This document shows, piece after piece, positions 9,286 to 21,268 of a stretch of 64,000 nucleotides of DNA (position 1 is its first letter; the number at the start of each line of letters is the position of its first letter). The notes below the pieces were generated by a model that saw nothing but the letters and a program-made list of their open reading frames with translations, was not told where the DNA came from and did not search any database. This stretch comes from Setoptus koraiensis (lineage: Eukaryota; Animalia; Arthropoda): positions 2,232,001 through 2,296,000 of the forward strand of contig CM106586.1 of assembly GCA_048013815.1 (NCBI GenBank), written 5' to 3'. The position numbers and the translations under genes are program-made.

Positions 9286-12200
9286 CTGTCATGGTCATCA
9301 TTGGAGTTAGTAACACAGACAGATTAAATAGATTAAATATTTAATTAATTTCAATAATCATAATCATTGGAGCTTGCGGTAGTGATTTGAGCAATAGCAG
9401 CTATAGTAGCAATAGTAGAGGCTCGTTTCATTTATCGACTGAACAAATTTGAGGCCGATCTCTAGAGCCATGGGCACACAGGCAAGCTAAATACTGGCGT
9501 AAGTTATCATTTTGGTCATGAACAAAGTGATAAAACCATCAAATCATTCAACTTCTCCTAGGCCATTCATGGAGATGCACAGAGATGCATAGAGTAAGTA
9601 TTGAGTCGAGCTCACAATGAATGGAGAGGGTGAGCTGAGAAACTAATTCTCAAGGCACAGTCCGTTTTGGTTGTCTCGATGGATGCTGTTAGAGATGGCG
9701 TTAGAGACGTGTGAGAGTTTGGCTCATCAAAACAAACTCTCAGACGTTGTGGAGTGTACGGTAAGTGAGACTAATTGGTCAAGTGAGAAAAGAGAAACAA
9801 GTGAAATATTTCATCCAAAGCAGCGTTTAGTTTTGTTTGCCGAAATGAAGTTGAGTTTTGATTGCTGCGTGTATTAGCCATGACCAATGGATAATTGATG
9901 TAACAACAATGATCATCTATGTCATATATCATGTAACGTGAACAAGTAATGACATCTCTTAATAACTGTCAGTTCTATATAATCATCATGATGATAGTTG
10001 TAGTTTGAGCAACTAATTACTGTTGTGTGACCAATTGTGTAACAAGAGAGCAGAACAAATCGTATTGTTAGATAATCTCTCTGTCTCCATATGTCTCGGC
10101 GTGTGTGTCTCGAAGTAGCAAGCTCATCTCAGATTACTATAACTACTATCTAAAATAGAATAGGTCTAACCAGAGCGGCTTTGTGTTGTTTATATTGACC
10201 AAATATACACTACATATATATACATTACACACCAAGTTGTTAGTGTCTCACTAGATCTCACTATAACTAGAGGAGTAAACACGACAGACATTTAACAGCA
10301 ACAAGATGAAGAAGAAGATTGAGACAAAATGATGAGTTGCTGCCCAACAAGACACAACTTTCTGGCAACAATGGTTGTTGTTGTTGCTGTGAGAGAGATG
10401 ATGCTTTCACTATTTCACTGCTCCACTGTTCCACTATTTCACTATTTCACTATTTCACTATTTCACTATTGATGATGAACTTTGTGTCGGTTGTTGCTAT
10501 TGCTAATCATGTCAGAATTAGTTTGTTTCGTTGGCCAACAAACCCACTAACAATATCAATAACAAGCCAACAAGTGGCTCGAATTTGATGTCATGTCATG
10601 TCGTAATAATCACATTTCACGCACGTTGATATCTTTGTCGCACACAATAGACACACATACAAGTGATACAATTACAACATGTAGAGACGGTTGCTGTTGC
10701 TGCCTCAGAAAGCAAACAAAGAGCGCTGCTCATATGTCTTGATACCGTTACAAGATTCAAACTTTGTCCAGACCGACAACAAACTCGCTACAAATGTAAC
10801 TAACGGATAAATGGCGAGCCGGAGAGAGAGAGAGCGAGGTCATGACATTCGCATTATCGAGCATCATTCTGATAGTTAACACTGATAGTCTTACCTGGGC
10901 TTCTCCGCACGGCGATCCCTCAGCGGCCGGCCTGTATGAAACACAATAACCTGAGGCGCTGTCAAAGCAAAATAGTTGAGCGCAAACTCTGGCATCTTTC
11001 TGCTCGCCATTTGCGAATTAATAAGCAATGCGATAATAGGAGATAATTGAATGAAACGGGTTGCATAATTAATTGATTGTCAATTGTTAGTTTGCATCTT
11101 GTTTGCAGTGTCATGGTGTCCAGTGGTAACTTACGAAACATGCGTTAGTTCCTCTATCCCGTTTACATTGTTCGTCCAATGTCAACATGGTGCCTGGCAA
11201 CATCCTTAATAACGATTGACTTTCATGTGGATAGTTGTACAAACAAGTGGCCGTCTCGCCGCTGTTTTGCGTGATTGATAATGCAACACGATGCGAAACG
11301 TTATTAGTTAGCGTTATTAGTTTTCAGCATGATTATAATTATCATGTTAGCTCAAGTGGTAATTAATTATTAATTAAAAGATTGACACTTACTTGAGGAA
11401 GTGCTTGAATTGTTCCACTGAACATTGAGACCAACGAAAACCTCGTTCAGTATGACGCAAATCGGACATGATAAATCCGTCCTCCCAGGGACAATGAGTG
11501 GCGCCCGGTCCACCCAAGTAGCTTGGCGGCGGCGATCCGTCATGTACGCAACCGAGTCTGAATATTTCAATTTTGTATCGCATGGGTAGTGCGCGGTTAC
11601 GTGAGCAGATGCGACCAGTTACGAGCGGATATGAGCGGATATGAGCAGATATGAGCAGATATGAGCAGATATGAGCGGTCAAGAGTGTTAGTTGGTGGCA
11701 GTAAAAGTGATTACATGTGTGATTACAAGCATGATGTGTGTATCTAGCAGGCAATCATGATGCCTGTTGCGATTATATAACCATTATACAAGCCCATGTC
11801 GGTTATGTAATGGTTATATAATAATGAGAATGAGAATGAGAATGGCAATACTTACAAGTGTCCAACTTCGTGAGCGGCCACAATAATGCCAGAAAATCCT
11901 CCGCTATCCTCTATTATCGCAACCGAATTGACCTTTTCCAATCGTTTATTAACAACGCACGCGCCTCCCACGTAAGCGAAACCCGCTGTACCACGATTAC
12001 ATCTACCACCTTCGTATCTACGCCTACACATATCTAATTTGGTTATAACAACAGCCAAATCGTATGTGGGTAGACGATCTTCCCGATAGAGGTATTTGCC
12101 CATATCTGTTAAGGCACCTGCGGCATCAACCGCGTCCGCATTCGGTGACCTTAAGCGGTTCCTTTCTAGATATGGCGTTGCGTCACGATCTTTAGCAACA

Positions 12201-15200
12201 ATCATACCAGCCAAGCTAATTCTAATACGTGGATGCACTAATAACTTATATCTCAAATCTACCCCATTCCAGAAGCTAACAAAATATCTTTTAACGTCAC
12301 GACTATCGGCACCGTGCAACAAATAGCTGTCATAATCAACAACTAACAATACCTCGGGCCAAACAGTTTCGGGAGCCTGACGTTTAGTTCGCGAATGGGC
12401 ACCACCACTGCTGCGCTTAAATCTGTCTTTTTTCACTTTTGATCTTATGTAACTTGTATTGTTTGTTTGTTGTTGCTGTTGTTGTTGTTGTTGTTGCTGC
12501 TGTTGTTGCTGGTGTTGCTGGTGTTGCGAATGGCGGGTTGCGTTTAGGCCGTTAGTGGACAACAACGGAGACATTGTGTAGTGATTGCTGTTGTCATGAT
12601 TAACACCACGCTTGTGATCATTGTAATGTTGTGTGAATGTCCAATTATCAAAGCCAGCTCTGCCGTATCCCATATACGAGCCTGGCTCCAACAAAAATTG
12701 ACTATCCATATGATCATGATGGTCAGCATCGTCATCGGCGGCATCGGCACTCACAGAGTCACTCACAGAGTCACTCATAGAGTCACTCACAGAGTCACGC
12801 TTGTGTCTCGTTATAATTTCCTTAGATAATCTATGGCTGTCAAATGGTCTATTTAAATTAAGTGACAACTCGCTCAATAGGGCATCATTGTCACTATTGT
12901 GCTTAATTGTTGTTGATTGGTGCCGTCTTATTGTCGACGGCGACACCATAAACGAATTCATGTGCTCAGGTGACATCTCAGAGCTAGGCCTCTGTCTGTA
13001 TATAATGTGATGACTGTGCAACACCGCTCTGTTACTATCTCTATCTCTAGCATTGTTGTTGGCTTTTGAATTAGAATCGGGCGCTATCTGTGCCGGTCTC
13101 AATTCGGAGGCTGCGTTATCATTATCATTATTATTTAAATTACTACTACTACTACTTTTACTATTGGCTACTAATTTAGGCACGTGTAATTGTGCTTGTA
13201 ACTTAGCCAATTTCTTCCATTTCCTTTCACTAGCTAATTTACTTAAAATTGGCCTCTGCAATAATACGCGCTCATTATTACTGCCCATAATACTTATTTT
13301 ATGTTTAGTTTGATCCAGGGGGCGCCACTTGGACACTTTACCGGACGATGTGCCGCCAATGGTAGCTGTGTCAGCCATACCATAATTGTCGTTATTGCCA
13401 GCGTCCTTGTTAAATGCTGTTGTGTTATGTTGTTGCTTAAGGTATTGAGGTAGTTTCACATTAGTTTCATTATTATTATCATTATTAAGCTGATGAGATA
13501 AATGGGCCAATTCAAAGGCTTCATCTTCATCAAGGAACATTTCATCATCATCATGGGGATCGTCATCGTGCATGTGATATATTCTGGACTCGATCTGTCC
13601 GCTATTTGTTTGTGTTTGTGTCGTTGTTGTTGTTGTTGTTGTCGTTGTTGTCGTTGTTGGTGGTGGTGTTGTGGTTGTTGTTGTTGTCGCTGTGGTTGTT
13701 GTGTCATTCACAGCTGACTGTGTTGACTTGGGTGGTACACCTGTTAGCAGCAACGAATCTGTTGCTGATAAAGTTGGTGTCTTCTTGTCAACAACGGCAA
13801 CAGGTGTAGTTTTAGTATCACTAGTAGAAGAATCAGTATGCTTGTTGTTGTTGCTGCTGCTGTCAGCAGTGGCAGCGGCCTGTAATGTGGTCGCAATGGC
13901 ATGCTTTTTTGCCGCCTCTAATGCACCATGTGGAAGTGGTTTTATAACAAAGTCATTACCAATTGTTCCGTCCACTTGTAATTGTCCATTTATGCCTCGG
14001 TTTATGAGCAAAGCGGCCAAATTGTCTTCGTCATGATAAATAGAGCCAATATCAGGGTCATCATCGGGCGATTGCATTCTGTTGTTGTTGCTGCTGCTGT
14101 TGTCGTTGTTGTCCTTTGTCGGTCTGGCCGTGGACGGCAACGCTGTTGTTGCTGCTGCTGTTGTTGCTGATGTTGCCGTTGTCGATGTTGTAGATGTCAC
14201 TGGCATACTTATATCGGCCAATATATTTGCTCTAGGCGCCGAAGAATTAGCTACGACAACAGGTAAATTAGAAGCCGGCAAAGAAGATATCCCTTTTCCT
14301 TTTGTTGCATCACCATTTGTTGTAGACTATTTAGAAGGAGAACAAAATAGTATAGTACCGTTTTAAGTGTTATATATGTACACACATTTAAAATAGGAAT
14401 TGGTGTGTGACGAGCCAAGACATTTCATGACCAAATAGTCGCATTGATACAGGGGGGTTCGCAGGTGAAATACATGTGAATATACAAGTGAAATATACAG
14501 GCCAGACACATTGGGGAGAGAGAGAGAGAGACAGGTAAGTGGCTTGTTAGTAATGTTATAGTTTCTTCTCTTGGTAATGACTTGAATCTGCTAGTAATGA
14601 TAGCTTGCACCTCGATAGAGAAAAGAGACAATCAACGAGCCAAAACTGATTGAATTGCGAGCCGTTTACTCGTCTGGCCATCTCAACAAATACACTCCAT
14701 CTAGTCGTCTCGTCAGCTTCTTTTCTGCCACTGCAACTGGCTAGCTACCATTAGAGGTAGCTCAGGTAGTTGTTACTTGTCGATTGACATCTACCTGTCG
14801 CTGTGTGTGTGTGTGTGTGTATTTTTGGGTGAATTGATGCTCATGTTGCATCAATCATATCGCCATCAACTAACTAACTATCTAAATAACTAACTAAATG
14901 ATCAGACTAATCAGATAAATTTAATAGTTTCGTTGACAAATCAAGCTGACCAACAAAGAACAAAAAGTATAAAAGTATAATAATAAACTAGTAACCAGTT
15001 ATAAGAATGTAGCTTATTCCAACTTTTAACATCTAATTCACTTGCAACACTTGCCAGGGCGCTTGTAAATCAGTGGCCTAACTTTATCTTTCATACAAAT
15101 GATATCTCCCACTGTTTCTCAATTTTACTCTCCCTTGAACTATATCTCCCTCTGTCGCTCTCTCTCTTGCCTGCTCCACGACCAGCGATAAGCATAAATG

Positions 15201-18200
15201 AGCCAATTCAATTTACTTCCGTGACAGCACGACATTTTCAATTTTCAGAATCTTCGGACAACCTTGCGAGTTGCGAGTTGCGAGTTGCGAGTTGCGATTT
15301 GATTTGGGTATTTGGAGAAAGGTTGCGCTGTTGTGATTATTATGTGATTTCAATTGTACACATGCAGTTGCATTAGAGCTGATGTAATGAATAGGCTCAC
15401 ATTATGATAACATTTAACAGTCAGAATCTTAACACATGATGGTCTGTGCACTTTACACAAACGCATTGATCCAATGGGAAGAATCAAATGAGATTGGTGG
15501 TTTCAGCGAAGGCCAAAGCAACACGATCAACGTAACCATAATAACGATATTATCGATCGATGGTCAGTTGTGTCACGATAATTGTGCACGATACATGCCA
15601 CTCATTCTAATGAAAAATGTAAAATGTGCAATGTAAAATTGCAAAATTGTTGCCGATGCATAATAGTTGTTGATAGCTGTACCATAGTGTGCCGAGCAAG
15701 GTATTATTTTCATTATCAACAGGATGATATGATAATAAGAATTGAAAAGTGAGACCACTCAATCATGCATAATTCATCAGGAGTAACATTGTTGTTAGAT
15801 AGGAGCGACACTTTATAACATGAGGTCATAGATCAAACTGACCAAACGCTAACTACTGTATACCTATCTAACTACACTACATACACCGGCATGAGCGCAT
15901 GACTGTTTGAGTGTATAACTGGACATGATTGATAGGTTATCAACACCAAATGGTTACGTGAGATATGAGATGGCAAATGGCGAATAGCAAAGATGATATA
16001 ATTTACTTGTTATCTTGTTTAGGTCAATCAGCTGGTCAGCTGGTCGGCTAGTCGGCTGGCTGACTTGCTGGCAATTGTCGTGGTCAATGATTGAGTAAGC
16101 GCAACTGCAAGTGAGATATCAGGCAACAAGTTCAAATTCAAAGTTAACAGCGCAATAACGGCACTTGTGCCAAAATGACCGAACGCTTTATTTTACAGTC
16201 GAGTGTGTAAATCGGATATTGCACTAGGATATCGCCAAGTACAATTAGATGGGCACCTTACTGTTTGTGTGTGTGCGTAGCTAGCAATTACCACAACTGC
16301 AACCGCAACCGCAACCGCAACTGCAACCACAACTGTAAACACCAAATAGCTGTCATCAATAACTGGCCGGTTTCCGCCAGCTACTTATTGTGAGAGCTGG
16401 CGCCAGATCAAGCTACAGCCAGTAGTAACTACCGGTGGCACTCACTCGCTATTGCCGATGCGACAAAAACAAATTGTTATTACATAACAACAAGCTATGA
16501 GTAACAAGCTATGACAATTGACATGGCAAGCCAATAGCCAATAGTCTGGGCCAATTGAGCATGTAATAATAACTGAATAACTGTACTGGTCATTGCTAAT
16601 AGCAACAGATAGTAACAGTGGGCAGCATAATTTATCTCACTTACTCTCTTATAAACACCTTGCGCCTTGTTATTGAGTGCTGCTCACTTTGATGTTCGCC
16701 TGCCCATTTTAAGGTCATCGTCGGATTCTTTGGAGAGATTTTCAAACTTTACAATATACAATATATATTATATATTACATATTATATTGTATAATATACA
16801 GTGATGTCAGTGTTGGCATTACCGTCATAATAGCGTCCAGTGCGTTCAATGTTACTGTCCAATAGTGTCAGTGAGTCAAGTGTGTTCACTCACAAGAGCA
16901 GCTCACATTAGATAGATGTGATTGTCATGCAGACACATGCAGTGTGTCACTGGCCAGTTAAACCAAGTGAATTGACCAAAACACCAAGTGAACAGGTGAG
17001 CAAGTGAAGGATTGAGTGAGTGAGACACAACTAAAGCAAACACAATCAAATGGCATCTGTGAGATGGCAAAAGTTGAAATGTTGAGTCCACTATCGGAGT
17101 GTACGAGCAAACGTGTTTAACTGTTACTATTGCCGCTCGGCCACTTAAGCGACTAACTGAATGAGTCTGTCGGCCAGTCGACTGAGTGAGATTTAAATCA
17201 TTTGACACTTGTTGATGGTTTGAATCTTATCTAAAATTGCTCCAAATTCCAACACTGTGTAATGTGTAATAGTCGAGTCAAGTCAAGTCGACTCGACTTG
17301 ATAGACACAACATGACTCGCTCGCTCTCTCTCTCTCTCTATCTGCGATATTGCTGCTTGATAATAATCCAGATTGTGTTCAGTGATAATGACACACACTT
17401 GGTGTTACCTTAAGCCCCCAAACTGATGACTATGCAAGCTCTCTGGTTGGTCAAGCTGGTCATTTGAGTTGAGCACATTGGCTAGCAGTTGCCAAGCTAG
17501 CCAATGCAACAACAACTCTTGCCGTGCACAACTAACATGGCAAGAGTTTTAACTCATTCAACTCAGCAATGAAAAGTCAACTCGTATATATATAACTCGT
17601 ATATATGAAGGGCCAAAGTCAGTTGAGTTATGTCACTTGAAAAAGAAAAAGAAAAAAAAGAAGACGAAGAAGTGTCTAAGTAGACTTTCACATTTCGCTC
17701 ATTCACTTATTTTGTGTGTATGGCTTACTTTTTGGAAAAATCAAATCAATTTATTATTTAATTGTTGTCTCTTTGACACTTACTCTCCATGTGCAACTTT
17801 TCTCTCTCTCTCTCTCTCCCTCTCTCTGGCTGCGTGTGTCGCTCTCTTCAAACTACAACAATTACCAACAACTTGCGCTATGTAACATGTTGCTATGACT
17901 GCCAGTATACACTTTGCAGTTCAGTTATTGAGCTAGGATAGCAGTAACTCAACTGGCCACTAACTAGCAGCGACAACAACAAGTAAATCTTATCTTATTC
18001 CCATTTACTTTCTTAGATTGACCGATTGACTCAATGAACTTTCAAGGGAACAACAACAACAGCGACAACAACAAACAAACAGACGGACATGCAATTTTCA
18101 ATGTCTATTGTAAACTGAATCTTATAACAACAACAACAATAACTTGATCTTATCTCGTTCATGTCGACTCATTCGACTGCAACACTGCTAGTCACCTGGC

Positions 18201-21200
18201 TAAAGTTACTACAGTTATATAAAATATCTAGAATATATAGAATAGTGATAAGTTAAATAGAAGATGACCAACATAACAATCATAATAATAATAATAATAT
18301 TGCCGTAATAATAATAATAACTGTAGCAAGTGATTATTAGAGTCACAATTAAGACATGGCAGTGGGGGTTGTTCTTTTTATTATTAGCTCTCTCTCTCTT
18401 CGGGCTTCTCGTAACGAAACTCGTAAGAAGACTCTCGCTGCTTTTTGTCGCTCTCAAACAGTCACTCCAATGACAATGCTATAATGCTATAATAATGATG
18501 ATATTTAATCTAACTAATACGAGCTGTCTTGTCAATGGTCAAGGTTGTCACAGTCAGCAAACAGTCCACTAGTGACCAATGTCCATGAGACGCTCTTGTC
18601 TAGCCAAACATTTATATATGGAACAATCGATGACGATCGCCACTTAATGGCCACTAAGGGATAAATAAACAAACACTTGTTGTTGCTTTTATTTCATTTA
18701 TCTACATGGTTACTTACTTAGCTCACAAGAGCATAAATTTTGCAATCGACATAAATTAAACAATTCAACTGGCTAGATTAGTTGAATCGGCAGTATTTAC
18801 AGCGCATTTTGAGGTTGTTTTCGCCTCTCAACTTGTCTGTTTGTTGTTTCACAACAACAACAAACAGACCAGTTGAGCTTCAATCATTATTTATTATCAT
18901 ATTGAATGATCATAAATAGCTCATGTGAGTCTGTCTTTTCCAATCGGAAATGGTCCTTCAAAACAAATCTAATCACACATTCAGTGATGAATAGCACTCA
19001 TCGTTATTTTTTAATCCTTGATCGTTAATTATTGACAACTGTTTGTTGTCGATAACTAACCCTCATAAATTGACTGTAATAGGTATTACAGCTATTAATC
19101 GACAACATCGACAAATAGGATGCCAGCTAGTAAAGCTTATAAACACAGCTGATCAGCTAACATCGTATTGACTGTCCCGCTCGCTCTCTCTCTCTCTATT
19201 ATATTGACAGAATTAGACAAATCACTTCATCTAATTAGTCTAACGTACGTGCAAGTTCCTCATCTATTGTTGACCTTAGTTAGTTCGATTAACAAAAAAC
19301 AAATAGATATAATAATAGATTGGCTTTGAACGACAGCTGGAACAGATTTATTTCTCCAATCAGAGTACAGGCAAACATTGCATGCAGCAACTAATTGACT
19401 ACATACAGCACATAGCGCCAACAACTTATAACTAATAACTTATTAGTCGGTACTATAACAAGTGTTTTTTAGGGAACAACATTTACATATGGCTCGTTGG
19501 CGCCTGTGCTAATGAAACTCCCACGCAATTTTCAGGCAAAACAGTTACCAATTATCAGCGAGAACAAATAAATACTAATAATCTCGATTCTCATGATCAA
19601 ACGGTCGGCTTGCCAAATTGAAGTGGCCATAATTTTCGGCTCGATATTACTTTTAAATGTATAACGGAACAGTTTATATTATTTGTGCTTGTAAACTACT
19701 AGCTCGTTATTATTACCTTAATATGGTAGTGCGTTTATACACACGTTGTAGTAAACACAAAAAACAAATCATATATTCAATGATATAATTAACTTGCTAA
19801 AATTGTAAATAAAAATCAAAGATAATTAAGTTTGATCAAGTACGAATATGAATTCTTATATGCACAAATCGAACGAGTGCCAGACGTTTGTCGTTATATT
19901 GTGAGGACCCCTGATGTGGAGTTAGCTCGGCCATCAGAATAACATTAGCATATCAATTAATGCTTTACGATATCAACTTCAACTTGTGCGCATCTCGGTC
20001 ACGATCGTTATCATTCATTTGAATGACTTTGACGAATAAAGACACACAAAAGAATCCAATCCTATCGCTTATTGAGTTCTGAGGTTAACGGCAATCGATC
20101 GATCGATACCACTAGCTAAACTATCTTCGATGATCACGAAGGACAATCCTTCACTCACTAATAGCACTCAACATTAAAGAATTAACCCATTGTGCTCGTT
20201 TATAAGCTAATATTAATGAGTAAATTTGAGTTCACCACGAAACACTCATAAACGATCATTGTATAGTTATTGTTTTTGTTGCAATTATGAGCTCACCTTT
20301 TGCGCCTGCCTGCATTCATTAGTGTTTGAGTGACCTGTTTGTGGACAATCTATTGAGTGATGCTGCTGTTGGCTATTGGCTGTCGTTGATTTGATTTCAC
20401 TATATCTCAATTGTCCATCTTTAGTTGTTTCTGCCATAAATATTTTCATATCTTTGAGGCGCCGTTGAAAATCTAGATTAGGTTTAAGTCGCAATTTAAT
20501 ATCTTGACCAAAAGTAGACAGATCTATATTTAATTTATTGTCGCCATTAGTCGGTGGTTGTGTATCTCTCTTATTTCTTTTGATATGGCTCTCTTTTGTT
20601 GTTTGTGTATTTGTTATGGCTTGATCATAGTGATGATGTTTGGCCTCATTCTCATGTTGTTGTTTATCATTATGATTATTATTATTATGATTATTATATG
20701 AATTAAATGTAATTTGTTGATCTAAATTATTATCAGTTGATATAGATTGTTGGTGTGACGATGATGGTAATAATTGTTTCAAATCATTTATAGGAGAGAT
20801 CAAATGGGGGCCGTTATCATTAACAATTAATTGTACTATCTCATAAGATGGAACTTGGTCATGTGAATCTACTTGAAAGGTTCGCCGGAGATCTTCAGGG
20901 GTCATGAATGAATGAACATTATGATGATGATGTAATTCATCTCCATTTACAACCATTGTAGCTGTTTTAAAGATCAAATTATCTATTAATTGCATTGTGA
21001 TTAGTGATATTAGTATAATATTGGCCATTGATTTCATTGATTTGATTATGGAATCATTCATTATAGTAGAGTAGGTGATGATAGTAGTTGTTGTAGTAGT
21101 GATTGGGCTGATGGTTGTCATCAGATTATTATAATTAGTTGTGGTTGTGGTTGTTGTTGCTATTCTATTTGTGGTGTTGTTGGCTGTAGTTCTATTTAAG

Positions 21201-21268
21201 CATCTTCTTCTTCCTCGCTTTCTCATTTGCATTATTAACGGAGCACCTGCTTCATTCATTTGTGTCAT
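8203..21268 (-). CDS. sona: sona-like (sol narae) secreted M12B/ADAMTS-like zinc metalloprotease, join(20297..21268,11856..14326,11393..11557,11135..11261,10895..10999,8203..9285), ~1640 aa; start codon uncertain
   Basis: All five introns are GT..AG with matching phases (0,2,2,0,0). Catalytic region PEVLLVVDYD...KRYFVSFWNGVDLRY...GTAGFAYVGGACVVNKRLEKVNSVAIIEDSGGFSGIIVAAHEVGHL/LGCVHDGSPPPSYLGGPG, Met-turn GFIMSDLRHTERGFRWS, and a Cys-rich domain ending VCRNGKCVGEIENIIPDY. This matches my recollection of the Drosophila sona/CG9850 family. No TSP1 repeats. Confidence 0.9.
10895..10999 (-). CDS. sona: sona-like exon 5
   Basis: KDARVCAQLFCFDSASGYCVSYRPAAEGSPCGEAQ; acceptor GCAG, donor CAG/GTAAGA. 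Confidence 0.92.
11135..11261 (-). CDS. sona: sona-like exon 4
   Basis: N-GETATCLYNYPHESQSLLRMLPGTMLTLDEQCKRDRGTNACF; acceptor AAACAG, donor GTAAGT. Confidence 0.92.
11393..11557 (-). CDS. sona: sona-like exon 3 (LGCVHD to Met-turn)
   Basis: Acceptor TTCAG/A, donor AA/GTAAGT; completes the HExxHxxGxxHD motif. Confidence 0.93.
11621..11678. repeat. Tandem repeat, 10-bp unit ATGAGC(A/G)GAT, ~6 copies, in sona intron 2
   Basis: Read directly. Confidence 0.92.
11856..14326 (-). CDS. sona: sona-like exon 2 (2471 nt; prodomain plus catalytic domain up to HEVGHL)
   Basis: Acceptor AATAG/TCT at 14327, donor TT/GTAAGT at 11855; one open frame of 823 codons. Confidence 0.92.
20297..21268 (-). CDS. 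sona: sona-like exon 1 (N-terminus, hydrophobic leader, start of prodomain)
   Basis: FMTPEDLRRTFQVDSHDQVPSYEIVQL and IDLSTFGQDIKLRLKPN prodomain blocks; RNKR site; donor AAG/GTGAGC at 20296. First ATG at 21268 follows an in-frame TAA at 21374-21376; alternative ATGs at 21061 and 21028. Confidence 0.82.

Noticed and set aside
10690-10790. Possible sona exon after acceptor TTTGTAG (RVCCRSGQ...)
   Set aside because: Lacks the expected C..G.C motif; the exon at 9285 (VCRNGKC) completes the domain correctly.
11558-11754. N-terminal part of track ORF 11389..11754
   Set aside because: Intron 2 read-through across the 10-bp repeat; only 11393-11557 is exon.
12096-14366. Multiple short ORFs on both strands rich in C, V, L or Q
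   Set aside because: Alternative frames or antisense of AAC/TTG repeats inside sona exon 2.
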